Below, in pieces: positions 41,315 to 54,284 of a DNA stretch of 64,000 nucleotides. Source of the stretch: Octopus sinensis (Eukaryota); NCBI RefSeq assembly GCF_006345805.1, contig NC_042999.1:61380001-61444000 (forward strand), written 5' to 3'. The notes under the pieces are model-generated. The model made no database searches and was not told where the DNA came from. It saw only the letters and a list, made by a program, of their open reading frames with translations. The position numbers were made by a program, and so were the translations under genes. The number at the start of each line of letters is the position of its first letter. Position 1 is the stretch's first letter.

Positions 41315-41830
41315 TTAAAAATATATTATATATGTAAAAAAATCTATATGAAAAACACTTACTAGTTTTAATACTTCATACATTTGAGTTTGTCAACCTT
41401 AGGAAGAACGATCAGAACCATTTAGTCTCACAAGTTTCGACGCCATTCAGAACACATTTGCAGTCCATAAGACATTTGTTCTCTCCTCTCTATAAATAAA
41501 GTCTATAAATGTCCTTATATGAAATGCAGATGCAGAGGTAGCTAATTATGGTTGAGAGATATTACATTACTCAAAGTTAAGCATTAATTATTTAACATAT
41601 TAATAATTACACAATCGATAATATATTATTTCTTATTGCCAAAATTCATAATTATTACAAACAATAGCATTTAGATGTTCAAAAAGAATACTCAATGTTT
41701 ATGTGAGTGCTGATGTACATCAGAAGAATTACAATATAGCAGTAATTACGTACAGGTAGAATTCGAAATTAATGGGAAGCAATACATATATGCCGCGTAC
41801 TGAATCGCATATCACATATCTTTTACTGTC

Positions 41831-42153
41831 TTACTCTTTTACTTGTTTCAGTCATTTTACTGCGGCCATGCTGGAGCACCGCTTTTAGTCGAGCAAATCG
41901 GTCCCAGGACTTATTCTTTGGAAGCCTCGTATATAATTATATCGGTCTCTTTTGCTGAACCACTAAGTTACGGGGACGTAAACACATCACCATCGGTTGT
42001 CAGGCGATGTTGGGGGGACAAACACAGACATACAAACATATACACTTACATACATATATATATATACATATATACGACTGGCTTCTTTCAATTTCCGCCT
42101 ACTAAATCCACTCAGAAGGCTTCGGTCGGCCTGAGGCTATAGTAGAGGACTTG
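41831..42153 (-). mobile_element. SINE family B, 5' truncated
   Basis: 3' half, short microsatellite and part of the 5' half. Confidence 0.87.
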
Positions 42154-42763
42154 TTCCTCGGAGGGTAACTTCCTAGGTGCAATCCCATGGTCATTCTCTA
42201 GAAGAATATATATATATATATTAAACGAGCGATGCGGCATGTTCATATGTAGTACTGCTCATGTTACTGGTGTTGATGATGATGTTTTGAGATAACGTTT
42301 AATGTTCTCAGTATCCATCTCACTGTTCATGAGCTTACCGTTACTTTGACTACAATATGTTGTGTAGTCTGTATTTGAATTTGTTTGACTTCTTCTCCAC
42401 ACCCCGCTATAGACTATATAATGAAAGAAGTCGTGTAATGTCATTGTATGAAACATTTCCCATTATCCTCACTCGAACTGGTCATATTGAAACATTATTT
42501 TCTATGACGTTGAAAAATTACTTCTGTCAGAAACAAATAACAAATTTCTGTGTTGTTTCTATATCTGGGTAAAATATATATATATCGACTGATATATTTT
42601 TCTCTTCCTCGATGTATTATAAATGAAATATAAGTTACAGTTCTAGCATATATCAGGTAGAAACAAAAGAATATAACAGTTCAAATTCAAAATAGAGTAA
42701 CAAAAATCCAGTACGTATCAAGACCCATTAGTCGTTTCGTAAGTATCGTTATGTAGTAATAAC

Positions 42764-43066
42764 TGTCACTCCGTCGACTACGACGGCGAGGGTTCCAGTT
42801 GATACATTAAAAGGAACAGCCTGCTCGTGAAATTAATGCTCAAGTAGCGTGTCCCCTTAATGTAGTTTTCAGAAAGATTTGGCGTGATACAGAATGCAAA
42901 AAGACCGACCCTATGAATTAAAGGTACAACTCATTTTTGGTAGCTGAATGGACTGGAGCTACGTGAAATAAAATGTTTCGCTCTCGGACACAACGCACTG
43001 TCGGGAATCGAACTCATGTCCTTACGATCGTGAACCACTTACCCTAACAACTAAGCTATGTACCTT
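42764..43066 (-). mobile_element. SINE family D (tRNA head, CORE/V-like domain), diverged
   Basis: Minus strand tagcttagttgttaggg...cacgatcg...gagttcgattccc...gttgtgtccgagagcgaaacatttt. Confidence 0.7.
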
Positions 43067-43199
43067 CACGATGTAGTAATAAAGAAACTACTATTTTGTT
43101 GTAGGATAAGCTAGTTTGACACGTCTCCTCCATCCCGCAGTAGTCTGCATAATTTATATATATAGCTGGAACATCAAACTCCGGCAGCTATCACAAAAT

Positions 43200-45117
43200 C
43201 ACATGTGATCGCTGAGAGAGTGGAGAGCATTGGTAAAAGCATTTGAGAATAACTGAGGAGATGATTAGAGATCAGTGCAGGAAAATTCCTAACTGAAAGC
43301 GCCTGGCCCAGATGGGGTTCAGGGCTTTTTGCTTAAAAACCTGGCAGCTCTGCACAGGAGAGTTGCGTGACAGATGGACGAAATACTGAGTAGTGACATC
43401 CAAGTACTGGCATACCAATATGGCGATATCATGAGTAGACTACAGGAAGGCATATGGCACGGTTCCACACTCGTGGATTATTGAATGCCTTAAACTGTTT
43501 AAGGTCTCCCACACTATCCTGAAGTGAAAACTCAATGACAACATGGCGAACTGAACTCAAAGCATTGGGAGATAAGCTGGGAGAGGTAAATATCAAAAGA
43601 GGAATCTTTCAAGGAGACAGTCTGTTGCCTCTCCTATTTGTTGTCTGTAGACTGCCACTAACGAGCGTTTTAAGAAAGTTGCGTGTGGGGTACATGCTAG
43701 ACAGGGTGAAAGTAAGCAATCTGTGGTTTATGGATGACCTAAAACTATTTCCTAAGACTGGGAAATAATCGAGTAACTGTGCAGATGGTTAGCAAAGATA
43801 TTGGCATGGAATTTGGGATGGATCGAGAAATGTGGTGTAATGATTCTCAAAAGGGGAAAATTCAGTAAAACCCATGGGATCAAGCTGGGAAGTGGTGAAA
43901 CTATAAAGGAAGTCGGAGAGAGAGGATATAAGTACCTGGGTATAATTGAAAGAAATAGGATGAATGAACAGAAGATGAAAGAAGTGTACAGGAAAGAGTA
44001 ATTGAGGAGGACTTGGCTTGTGCTCTAATTGAAGCCAAATGACCGCTGTAAGATTAGAGCAATTAACACGTGGTGGTTGCTTTGATGAGATATGTGGCAG
44101 TAATAGTATCTTGGAAGAAGTATGGATTACAAGAGATAGACCGGAGAACACGTGAATTAATGACAATGAACAAGGAACGACATCCCAAGAGTGATGTGTC
44201 AAGATTATATGTAAAGATGAAAGAAGGAGGACGGGGATTAGTGTGTTGTGAAGGTTGTGTAAAGGAAGAGGAGATATGTTGAGGAGAGTAAAGAAGAAAT
44301 GATTGAAATAGTGAAAATGCAGGGAACCTTAAAAGTAAACGAAGTCGTAGATCCAACACAATTTAAGAAAGACCAGAGAGAGCAGATGAAGAAAATTTGG
44401 CAGGACAAGAAAATGCACAGTCAATTCTTGAAGAATAAAGATGGGATTGATGGGAAAAGAACCTGCCGAAAGGAGGCTTAAAACGGCCCAATGAGGCATT
44501 AGTGTGCAGCGCTCAAGACCAAGCTCTCAGAACAAGCTACTCCAAATCTCACATTGATAAAAGCATTGATTCGCCACAATGTAGGATGTGCTCTGAGGAG
44601 GGAGAAAGTATAAGCCATATTGTTAGTGAGTGTTGTAATCTCGCACAACGCGAATACAAAAGGAGACACGATAAAGCAAACCTCGAGAGGGCCGAACATT
44701 GGTATGAACACAAGCCAAATGGAGTAATGGAAAATGAACATTACAAAATACTCTGGGATTTTAACATACAGTGCAAGCAAGTTATAGAGGCGAGACGAGT
44801 AGATGTCGTGAACATCCATAAAGTTAAAAAAGAAGCAAAAATGACAAGTGTTGAAATATCAGGCGATTAGAGGGTGAAAAGTAAGGAAACAGAAAAGAGT
44901 GAGAAATATCAATCTCTGCGGGACGAGATAGGAAAGTTATGGGACATGAGGAAAATAATGGTGATACCGGTGGTAATTAGAGCGTTAGCAGAGGTTTTCA
45001 AGGGCTTTGAAAAACATATTAAGAATATTGGAGCTGCTGTCAGGCTCGAAGTGATCCAGAAGACAGCATTGTTGAGTACAGCTCGTATTCTAAGCGGAGC
45101 ATTGTCTCTTTCAGTCA
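43200..45117 (+). mobile_element. Decayed R4/Dong-clade non-LTR retrotransposon (RT, CCHC knuckle, restriction-like endonuclease)
   Basis: KAPGPDGVQG; GIFQGDSLLPLLF; FMDDLKLF; YKYLG; HPKSDVSRLY..EGGRGL; CRMC..E...HIVSEC; RRHD; ILWDF; EKY..L..EI..LW. Many frameshifts and stops; early RT motifs appear deleted near 43400. Confidence 0.92.
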
Positions 45118-45142
45118 CAGGAGAAGGCACTAGTTGAAACCA

Positions 45143-45190
45143 GGTGAAGCCGACCGCGGGTGCAGATCTCGGCGGTAGTAGCAAATATTC
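45143..45190 (+). pseudogene. 28S rRNA-derived fragment
   Basis: 45159-45190 ggtgcagatctcggcggtagtagcaaatattc matches the conserved eukaryotic LSU motif GGTGCAGATCTTGGTGGTAGTAGCAAATATTC at 30/32, with weaker similarity upstream. Confidence 0.75.
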
Positions 45191-45239
45191 GATTTGTTAT
45201 TGACTAGGCACAAAATCTGAAATCATTGGGAAAGGGGCA

Positions 45240-45372
45240 AGTCAATTACATCGACCGCAGTGTTTCACTGGTACTTAATTTATCGAAACCGAGGAGATGA
45301 AAGGCAAATTCGATCTCGGCGAAGTTTGATCTCAAGTCATGAAGACAGAGAAAATGCTGCTAAGTATTTCGC
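45240..45372 (-). mobile_element. Diverged SINE family A-like fragment
   Basis: catcgacc...ctggtacttaatttatcga...gatgaaaggc. Confidence 0.7.
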
Positions 45373-46081
45373 CATTGATCATGTTGTCTCCAAGTGCAGT
45401 CTTCTAGCGCCCACAGAGTATCTCAACAGGCATGATAGAGCTGCACAATATATTCACTGTGTAATTTGCAAATACCTGGATTTGCCCCATGAAAAAAACT
45501 GGTGGGAACACAAACCACCTCCAGTGCTTGAAAATCACCACATCTCGCTCCTCTTGAACTTCCCCATTCAAACTGACAGAAAGATAGATGCAAATAGGCC
45601 AGACATCATATTGAAAGACTTCAAACAAACAGTCATTGATATGACTGTCCCAATCGATATAAACGTATCTGTCAAGACCTACCAAATACTGAGCAAATAT
45701 AAAGATCTTGAAATAGAAATCAGCAAAATGTGGAACTAAACAAAATGTGGACTAAAATAATACCTGTTGTCATAGGTGCCCTGGGAATGATAGCGAAAGG
45801 GGCTGATTGCTACCTAACTCAGATACCAGGAAACCCCAAAATGGCAGAAATTCAAAAGATAGTGCTCATGGGAACTACTCATATCCTACGCAAAATACTA
45901 TCTATGTAATATCAGGGTTTAAAACAAACATAATTTTCACTAGTACAACACCAAAAAAAACACCAAATATATGGCACACTAGGCATAACAACAACATGAA
46001 ATTCCAACCTGTTGTCTCTTGAGGTCTCTGGGTGAGACTTGAAGCCAACTTGTACAAATATAAAGCAAAAGTTAAACATAG
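45373..46081 (+). mobile_element. 5'-truncated R4/Dong-clade element with (AAT)n/(AAC)n tail (46082-46153)
   Basis: HVVSKC..LAPTEYLNRHD...NRPDIILKD..VIDMTVP..SKYKDLEIEISKMW...IPVVIGALG...LRKILSM* (stop at 45907-45909). Confidence 0.92.
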
Positions 46082-46102
46082 AATAATAATAATAATAATA
46101 AT

Positions 46103-46135
<33 letters not shown>

Positions 46136-46274
46136 AATAATAATAATAATAATTCTTCCTCATTTAGGTAAAAAGGGCCATCGATTTATAGGTGGAAAGG
46201 ATTAGTCGGAAACATCGACTCTGGTACTTCACTTATACTTTCTTTTAAATCGACAAGCAGTTTCTGCAGATATA

Positions 46275-46541
46275 GTCAAGTGGAGAGGTTTGAGGACAGG
46301 TTTCTGGGTCTCGACAGTTACATCTGGGTGTGGTCTCTCGGTGATTTTCTTCATATTGGGAAAGCAGCTATATGATTATTTCACTGAGTATTGCTTCTGA
46401 TTAAGGCACAACACCAGTAATTTTCAAAAGAATATATATTTCTTTACTACCCGCAAGGGGTTAAACACAGAGGAGACAAACAAGGACAGACAAACGGATT
46501 AAGTCGATTACATCGACCTCAGTGCGTAACTGGTACTTAAT
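46275..46541 (-). repeat. Direct repeat copy (SINE A 3' half + PLE ORF segment) of 47098-47380
   Basis: About 12 substitutions and one 16-bp indel between copies; identical SINE/PLE junction. Confidence 0.9.
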
Positions 46542-46544
46542 CTT

Positions 46545-47270
46545 GAGACCTAAGGGATACAGGAAGAATAGTGAGACACTATCACAAGATATACGCCACT
46601 CGACGAGAACATCTCATAATAGGCTGGAATGAACGTAAAGTTTTTTTTTCTCTCCAGAGATCCTGTTCTCTGTGATGCTTACTACGTCTATCTCTAGAGA
46701 CCTGAGTTCATTGAGCCAGAGGGCTTGAATCAAAGCAGTTCAAGCCCAAGTGCGTTTCTGTTCCCCAATATCAACCAGTACAGTTATATATAAAATGGAG
46801 AATTTAGTCACTCTGGTTTTAGAGAAGGCAGCATGATCCGGCTTCCACAATTCCTGATGAGAAAAAATAATAAAATAGATATTCTATTTACATCATACTT
46901 TTATACCGTTCGATTTGAAATCCTGGCTAGCCAACTTAGTAGTTTTCCTATTGTCACTGTGTCGGAAGGTAGATATGTGATTTGCATAACGATTTTTTAA
47001 TTCCCCTTCCGGTATAGCTCTTTTTATCGGTTCTGTTATTATCGAGCGTTGCTGTAACTTCTGCCTACTACATAACGGATTTAACTTTGCATCGCTGGTC
47101 AAGTGGATAGGTTTGAGGTCAGGTTTCTGGGTCTCGACAGTTACAACTGGGTGTGGTCTCTCGGTGTTGGCCTCGTGTAAGGATTTTCTTCATATTGGGA
47201 AAGCAGCTATATGATTATTTCACTGAGTATTGTTTCTGATTAAGGCACAACACCAGTAATTTTCAAAGGA
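46545..47270 (-). mobile_element. Penelope-like element, GIY-YIG endonuclease region and 3' end
   Basis: Manual translation: MKKILT...PSCNCRDPET...YPLDQRCKVKSV...AEVT...KSYTG..EGELKNRYANHISTFRHSDNRKTTKLAS; Cys-rich linker and GIY-YIG-type motifs, with stops and frameshifts. Confidence 0.8.
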
Positions 47271-47275
47271 ATATA

Positions 47276-47486
47276 TATTTCTTTACTACCCGCAAGGCGC
47301 TAAACACGGAGGGGACACACAAGGACAGACAAACAGATTAAGTCGATTACATCGACCTCAGTGCGTAACTGGTACTTAATTTATCGATCCCGAAAGGATG
47401 AAAGGCAAAGTCGACCTCGGCGGAATTTGAACTCAGAACGAAACGGCAGACGAAATACATGCTAACTTTTCTGCCAGCTCGCCGCC
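47276..47486 (-). mobile_element. SINE family A, near full length
   Basis: Same structure as 4941-5172, with a small deletion in the head. Confidence 0.9.
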
Positions 47487-47940
47487 TTCAAAGAAATAGT
47501 CAATCGATAACATCGCCTCCACCGCTTCACTGGTATACACTTTTGCTAATCATAAAATGATAAAAAACTTAAACATTGTAGAAATACTTTGCTTGAAAAT
47601 AACCACAGCTTGGCTGATCGTGTGAACTCTAGGAGGCTGAACTGGTTAAACTCACTCCCTAAAATGCCATTTTCCAGATCATGCAACCAATCAGTTTGCG
47701 TGTTATCTACTTTGACAGTAAGCTAATTATACATAACATTGAAAATAAAGCAAAATATGAAGCAAGCTAGATATAAAGATCTCAAAATAGAGACAACCAA
47801 TATGTAGCAATTAAACTGAGAAATAAAACATTCATAAAAAATTTATATACTGTAAGAATGAAGAAAACACAATGCGTAGACAAAAATCTGGCCGAAACAC
47901 ATGATTTACATGTTTGTACAGGTTACTGAATAAAACGTTG

Positions 47941-48375
47941 GGATCTTTTCGGTTTGAACGGCAGTTTTTTCTAGCGGTGTGATATGAAATTGTCACCCAT
48001 TATTATGACCCTAGTATCGATCTATTGCATTTCAGTTTGTTTTATGGTTAGGGTTAGTTAGGATTAGTTAGGGTTAGGGATGGGGGAAGGGTATCTTATT
48101 TTCTTCAGAAATGTAAATAAACCCAATCTATTTCTTAAACGAGGTACATGTTCATACGGCACAGAATGTTTTCACCTCAATAGACGTCATTGATTGGTTG
48201 AAATTGCAGAAATTGAAGAAAAGAACAACAAATATCTTACAAACTATAGAATTTTCTCAATAAAGCCAAGAGAAAAAGATGTTTTATGAACACATTCTAC
48301 CAGTATACGAAGTTTAAAAGTGTTTAGTTACGTGGAAATTATTTTTAAAAACTGCCGTTCAAACCGAAAAGATCC
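47941..48375. mobile_element. 435-bp MITE with perfect 29-bp TIRs and an internal TTAGGG-like tract
   Basis: ggatcttttcggtttgaacggcagttttt (47941-47969) and its exact complement at 48347-48375; ggttagggttagttaggattagttagggttaggg inside. Confidence 0.85.
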
Positions 48376-48528
48376 AAACTTTGCACTACAAAAATATCAC
48401 GCAGAATATTTTCATTACAATAGCAACACCAGATAGAAAATAAAATAACATAGAAAGCACCGCACAGACACAAGGCACATACCACAGCTGCGCTCGGTTT
48501 TGCAGTGTAAACACGCAATCAGGTTGAG

Positions 48529-48559
<31 letters not shown>

Positions 48560-49184
48560 ACGACTGGTGGGATGGTGGGGTGGTGAGGGTAGGGTTTAAT
48601 GGTCGCGACTTCGATGTTCAGGATGACGAAGGCGACGATGGTGATGACGATGCTGATGGAGGTGATGACGGCGACTGCCAGTGCGGATGAGTAGAAGGCA
48701 GTGAAGTGTTAGTTATAGTTTACGTTAGAATTGTCAAATAACTATACGAATTAAACATTATTTGGTTTTTATTTTAAGTTATTTTAATATTTTTATTTAA
48801 TTTAACAAATGAATATCGAATGAGCAGAAAAGATTTTTTTTCTTTTTTCGTATTCCTGTTGTCATTTTTTTCTTTTTCTTTAAATATTGTAGAACAGTTA
48901 TGGAGACTGCGCAATGAAGTTACCAAACTGAAATGTACGTAATAACACGAATATCATCTTGATTGTTCATTTATTCATTTATTCAGTACTTCAGGCAAAG
49001 TAAAGTTTATGTTCTGCCTTTTATTTTCAGATATTTTTGTTTTAATTTCATCTCTTCTACAATACAACTCATTGTTTGGTTCTCATCGCACGCTGATTTG
49101 GATAAAGTCAATACACCAGAGGCTAAAGAAGCATAAAATATACAACTAAACATATATATATATATATATATATAATATATATAT

Positions 49185-49225
<41 letters not shown>

Positions 49226-49256
49226 GAGATAGATACATACATACATACATACATAT

Positions 49257-49318
<62 letters not shown>

Positions 49319-49421
49319 AATATATATATATACTTATACATATTATACATACATATATATATATACATATCTATATACACACATACATATGCATATATAG
49401 CTCCCCATTGCCACGTCAGAT

Positions 49422-49467
<46 letters not shown>

Positions 49468-51001
49468 ATATGTATATATATGCATGTATGCATATGTATG
49501 TATATATACATATATATATGCATATGTGTGTATATATACATGTATATATATATGTATATGTATGTATATATGCATATATATATATATATATATTTATATA
49601 TGTAAATATATATATATATATGCATATATGCATATATATATATATAGGTATGTTTTTATATATATATATGTAACCATATATTCATGTATGTAAACATATA
49701 TATGTATCTAAATATATAGATATATATATGCATATATATGTATATATGTATACATATATATGCATATATATGTATATATGTATATATATATATCTGTATA
49801 TGTATATATATATGTTATATGTATGTATATACATATATGTATTGATGGATGTATACATATCTATATGGATGTGTGAGTGTTTGCATGTATATAGTTATGT
49901 ATGATGTTTTTGTGTGTGCGTGTGCAAAAATGTGTGTATGTAGAAGTGTGTTCTATACATACGTATGCAGATGGGCACATCATAAAATTTAATTATGGAA
50001 AAGATTAAATAAATGTGGTATCTTATAGATTTTGCAGGTGAAAATCACAGAGCATTTAAATTGCAGTTTACGAGAGAGAAGTCTCCTTTTTCGGAGAAGC
50101 TTCTGTAGCACTAATATAGTCGACATTTTCTGTTAGGTGTGTTTTGTTTTAATGATGCTATTTATATCGCTAGCAGTGACCTTCTATTCAATTATTGCAT
50201 TTGCATCGAAGCAGACATCAAAATCGATAAATGTGTGCTCAGCAGAAATGATTATATTTCGAATACCCTTTTATAAACCTTTTAGGCATACTAACATAAT
50301 AAAGGAGAAAAATCATTTAAATTATCAATTATGTTCCTATTCGTTGCCACTCTGCACATTTAATTTTGATTTGTAAATTCTTAATGTAAGCGAACGGCAA
50401 TGCGTGTTCCCCATAACAAAATAAATAATTATGCTTTTAGTTTCCAATACTTTTATGACTATTCAGTAAAACGTTGAAATAAATTTGCAAAGAAAAGTAA
50501 TCGAATACACCAGTTACTCATAACATACACTCTAACATATATTTATCGTTTTCCCATTCTCACTCGTGTACAACATGTATTCCCATATGTCGGTGGTCGA
50601 ATATTTAATTTAATAGAATATGACAGAACAGAATACTAAAATAGTAGAACTTCGTCTCACTGACGTACGTACAGTCGAAATCTCAATAGTTGGTGAGCAT
50701 TATTATTTAATAGAATGTGATGGCGAAAAGATGAATTGGTAGAACATCTATTTTATGTTCTGGGACTTAATCTGAATAACTATACACTACTACTACCACT
50801 ACTACTACTACTGCTACAACTGCTGCTGCTGCTTTTACTGCCACCACCACTTCTACTACTACTACCACTAATGCTAACACTTCTGCTGTTATGTTTTCTG
50901 TCAAATAACTCATTAGTATTTTCATTTTCGTTGTTATTCCCAGCTCTTGAAACAGGCTCTGGTGTACCTCTCTCGAAATTTCTTAATACCACTTCAAATC
51001 A

Positions 51002-51174
51002 CAAAAAAAAAACAAAAGACGAAGACAGGTGGTGTAGACAACAAACAGATGTATTAGTTTAACGCTCGGGAGGTGAAAGTCTTTAACAGTTCGAGCCTAC
51101 GCTCTTCCACAGAATGGAACACAGAAAGAAACAGGGAGGGAAATAAAGAATGTGTAGTGGCGAATGCCGGACAA
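51002..51174 (-). mobile_element. PLE-type terminal repeat with decayed hammerhead
   Basis: Minus strand ctgtggaagagcgtaggctcgaactgtt; homologous to 20783-20970. Confidence 0.6.
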
Positions 51175-52657
51175 TGGGGTTACACAGGAGAGCTAGGAAG
51201 GAGGGGAGATAATAAAGTTGTGATGACCCCAAAACGAAGGTGCACGTGCGTGTGCGTAAGAGTGCATGTAGGTGTGTGTGGAAGAGGGCTGGTGATCTTG
51301 ACGTGTGCGTGTGTACATCTGTAGGTGTGTGGATGATGGTGTGGGGCTGGGAAGTGCTAGTGTGTGCCTGATGGTGTGAAGTAAGGTGGCGTATGTGGCA
51401 TGGTGGTGTGTGGTGTGGTGTGGTGATGTGTGGTATGGTGATGTGTGGAGTGGTGTTGTGTGGTGAGGTTGGGATGTGGAGGAGGCGAGGGTTAGGAAAA
51501 CAAGGGTGGGATATGGGTAAGACTGAAGGTGAGGTGGGGGTAGATGTGGGGTATGTGGGATTGGGTGTAAGGGATGGGGTGGAGGTGGGATGGAATGCAT
51601 AGGGAAGGTGTTGTTGGATTGTGTATGGGGTTGGTTACGAGGGAGAAGTGACGATGAAGGGAGAGGGAGAAGGGAGAAGGTGGGTAGGAGTTAAGAGAAG
51701 AGAGAAGGAGAGTAGGAGGATTAGATGAAAGGGAGGAGACTTGAGCCTTTGTGGCGCAAAGGAGCGAAGAGGGAAGATTAATCCTTATTCACGGCGAAGA
51801 CGGGAGTCCGAATGGCCCCTGTGTAAGGACAATCGGAGCAGAGACAGGAGTGACCGATAGATCGGAAATGGTGAGAGACCGGGATGCCATTGCTAAGTCA
51901 GATGTATACATACATATATATATGTATATATATACACAATTCATTTCCCTTTCAATTTAGTACGTCAAACATTTAATAAAGGAGAGAAAAAGGGAAAAGA
52001 AAAATATAAAGAACGGGACATTGCCGGCGGTCGATGGTACACTGCCGGCGGTCGATGGTACACTGCCGACATGTCCTGAGACCTCGTTGGTGGGAAGTGT
52101 GCCACCGACAGAGGAAACTATGGCCCCTCCCAGAGCGACGAGATATGATTTTGTAATCTTTTTCCATAAGGGAGGAGCAATACAGAGCTTCTTAAGGAAG
52201 CTAGAGGGCCGGAGGGAGAGGAACCCATGCCCTGGACTGAAGACCCGAATTGGCCTCCACTGGACTAGTTGATGAAGGACCAGTTTAGGTTCACCTTCTG
52301 GGACCCCGACCTGGAGCTGGAGCATTGCCTGCGGGACGCATACGGTCTGGTCGGGAAGGAAGGATAAAGAGGCTTTAGTACCTAAATGTTTATTGTGTGT
52401 AAGAGTCCCAGCGCCTCAATTTGTAATGGACTATTACGTCCAGTAATTGTAAGAACTGAGGTAAGAGGTTTAATGCCTCGTTTTGTTTTTTGTTTTGAAA
52501 AAAGAAGAACAATGTTTTAGAGAAGCAGAAGATCGGCGGTCATCTTATGCTCCTCTCATTAATATCATAATTTCGTTTATCATTTCATCTCGTTAATGTA
52601 ATGTCCAGCCCGCACCTACATCTGTGTAATGCCCTTGTGGCAAATTTACATGAATTA

Positions 52658-52707
<50 letters not shown>

Positions 52708-52709
52708 AA

Positions 52710-52744
<35 letters not shown>

Positions 52745-53757
52745 TGGTAGTGGTGTGGGGTGGAGATGGTGTGGGTGTAGGGGCTATTGCAATGGTTCAT
52801 TGTTTAAGTTGTTCTAGTTGCTTTCGCCATGATAGCATTTTCTTTCTTCAAGTCGATGATGAAGAGAGAGAGAGAGACGATAACTGCGATGATTATAGTG
52901 ATGCTTATATCTATATATGCCAAGAAAATGCGAAATGTAAACTTTACTTAGAAGATATGAATATGAATTATATATTGAATATGAATTAGAGAAAATTGTA
53001 GATGCTTCGGGGGATATTAAAAACATAATCATAACTATATGTGATATGAATATTTAGAATATATTTGGAGTGCATATGAATATTACGAAAGTATTATATA
53101 AAATGTATTTCAGTATTAAATGGATTCTATGTATAAATGCTAAATGCAAAATGTGCAATTTATATTTTGTGAATTGGTAAGTATAAAGAAATAACCATTC
53201 TTTTCCAATGAAGGCATGCTTGTTCTTGTGAGGCCTGTATCTTGTCACTTAACTTCCTAGAACCAGTAAACGATTTTTTCATATCACACTATACAGTTTT
53301 CCAAATACAAGTTTTATTCGATTTATTAAAGTTGGTTATAAAGTGTCTCCATAAATGTTGGCTGTGTTATGGGTGGAATGCCTTTGGTTATAGATTTGTT
53401 TAATGAGGACTAATCTGGAACTAGCCAACAAAATTTTAAATACTTCAGCTAATTTTTAGGGTCTGTCATAAATCTACGGACTCATAAGGCCGTATCATAA
53501 CCTGGTTCCCAAGGAGTCAATTTTTTAAGTGACTAATATTACAGCCCCCCCCCCCGTATTCAGCGGGACACCGGTTTCTCGAAGGGGGAGTTTCCAAGTT
53601 ATTGCTGCAAGCAACTCGTAGCTACACCATTGTTTGTTTACATCTGACGACTCGGAAACGAAACATCGAAACAAAAATAAGCGCTGCCTATAATTTATAT
53701 ACATCATCTGTCGAGATACAGTTCTATATTTAAGAGATGAGGAATTATGTAAATATA

Positions 53758-54128
53758 TTTTTACTTGTATCAGTCATTTAATTGTGGCCATGCTGGAGCA
53801 CCACCTTTTGTCAAGCAAATCGACCCAGGGCTTATTCGTTGTAAACCTAGTACTTATTCTATCGGTCTCTATTTCCGAACCGCTAAGATACGGGGATGTA
53901 AACACACCACCATCGGTTGTCAAGCGATGTTGGGGGCACAAGCACAGACACACAAACACATACACACACATATATACGATGGGCTTCTCTCAGTTTCCGT
54001 CTACAAATTCACTCACAAAACTATGATCATCCTGAGGCTACAGTAGAAGACGCTTGCACAAGGTGCCACGCAGTGGGACTGAATTCGGAAACAAGTGGTT
54101 CGTAAGCTACTTACCACATAGCTACTCC
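53758..54128 (-). mobile_element. SINE family B, full length
   Basis: Both halves present with a short microsatellite. Confidence 0.9.
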
Positions 54129-54140
54129 GATGCCTTCATT

Positions 54141-54284
54141 ATTTACATTATTTACAGTCGGCGGATATTTGTCCTCATCCTGTTTGTTCTTAACACAACG
54201 TTTCGGCTGATATACGTTCCAGCCTTCATCACGTATCTTGGCGAAATTTCGAACCTGGGTTTTCCCTCCTAAGGTATTTTTCGA
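54141..54284 (-). mobile_element. Inverted PLE terminal repeat (pLTR) with mutated hammerhead core
   Basis: Reverse complement matches 56311-56447; core reads gtgatga instead of ctgatga. Confidence 0.88.

Noticed and set aside
47761-47820. ARYKDLKIETTNM* resembling the R4 endonuclease KYKDL motif
   Set aside because: Only about 13 residues; too short to separate from chance.
53544-53570. Possible pogo/Tigger-like TIR (TA-cagccccc...gtattcagcggg)
   Set aside because: No partner TIR or transposase remnant found.
53635-53680. ctgacga...gaaac hammerhead-like motif
   Set aside because: The sequence between the motifs (ctcggaaac) cannot form stem II, and there is no stem I or NUH triplet.
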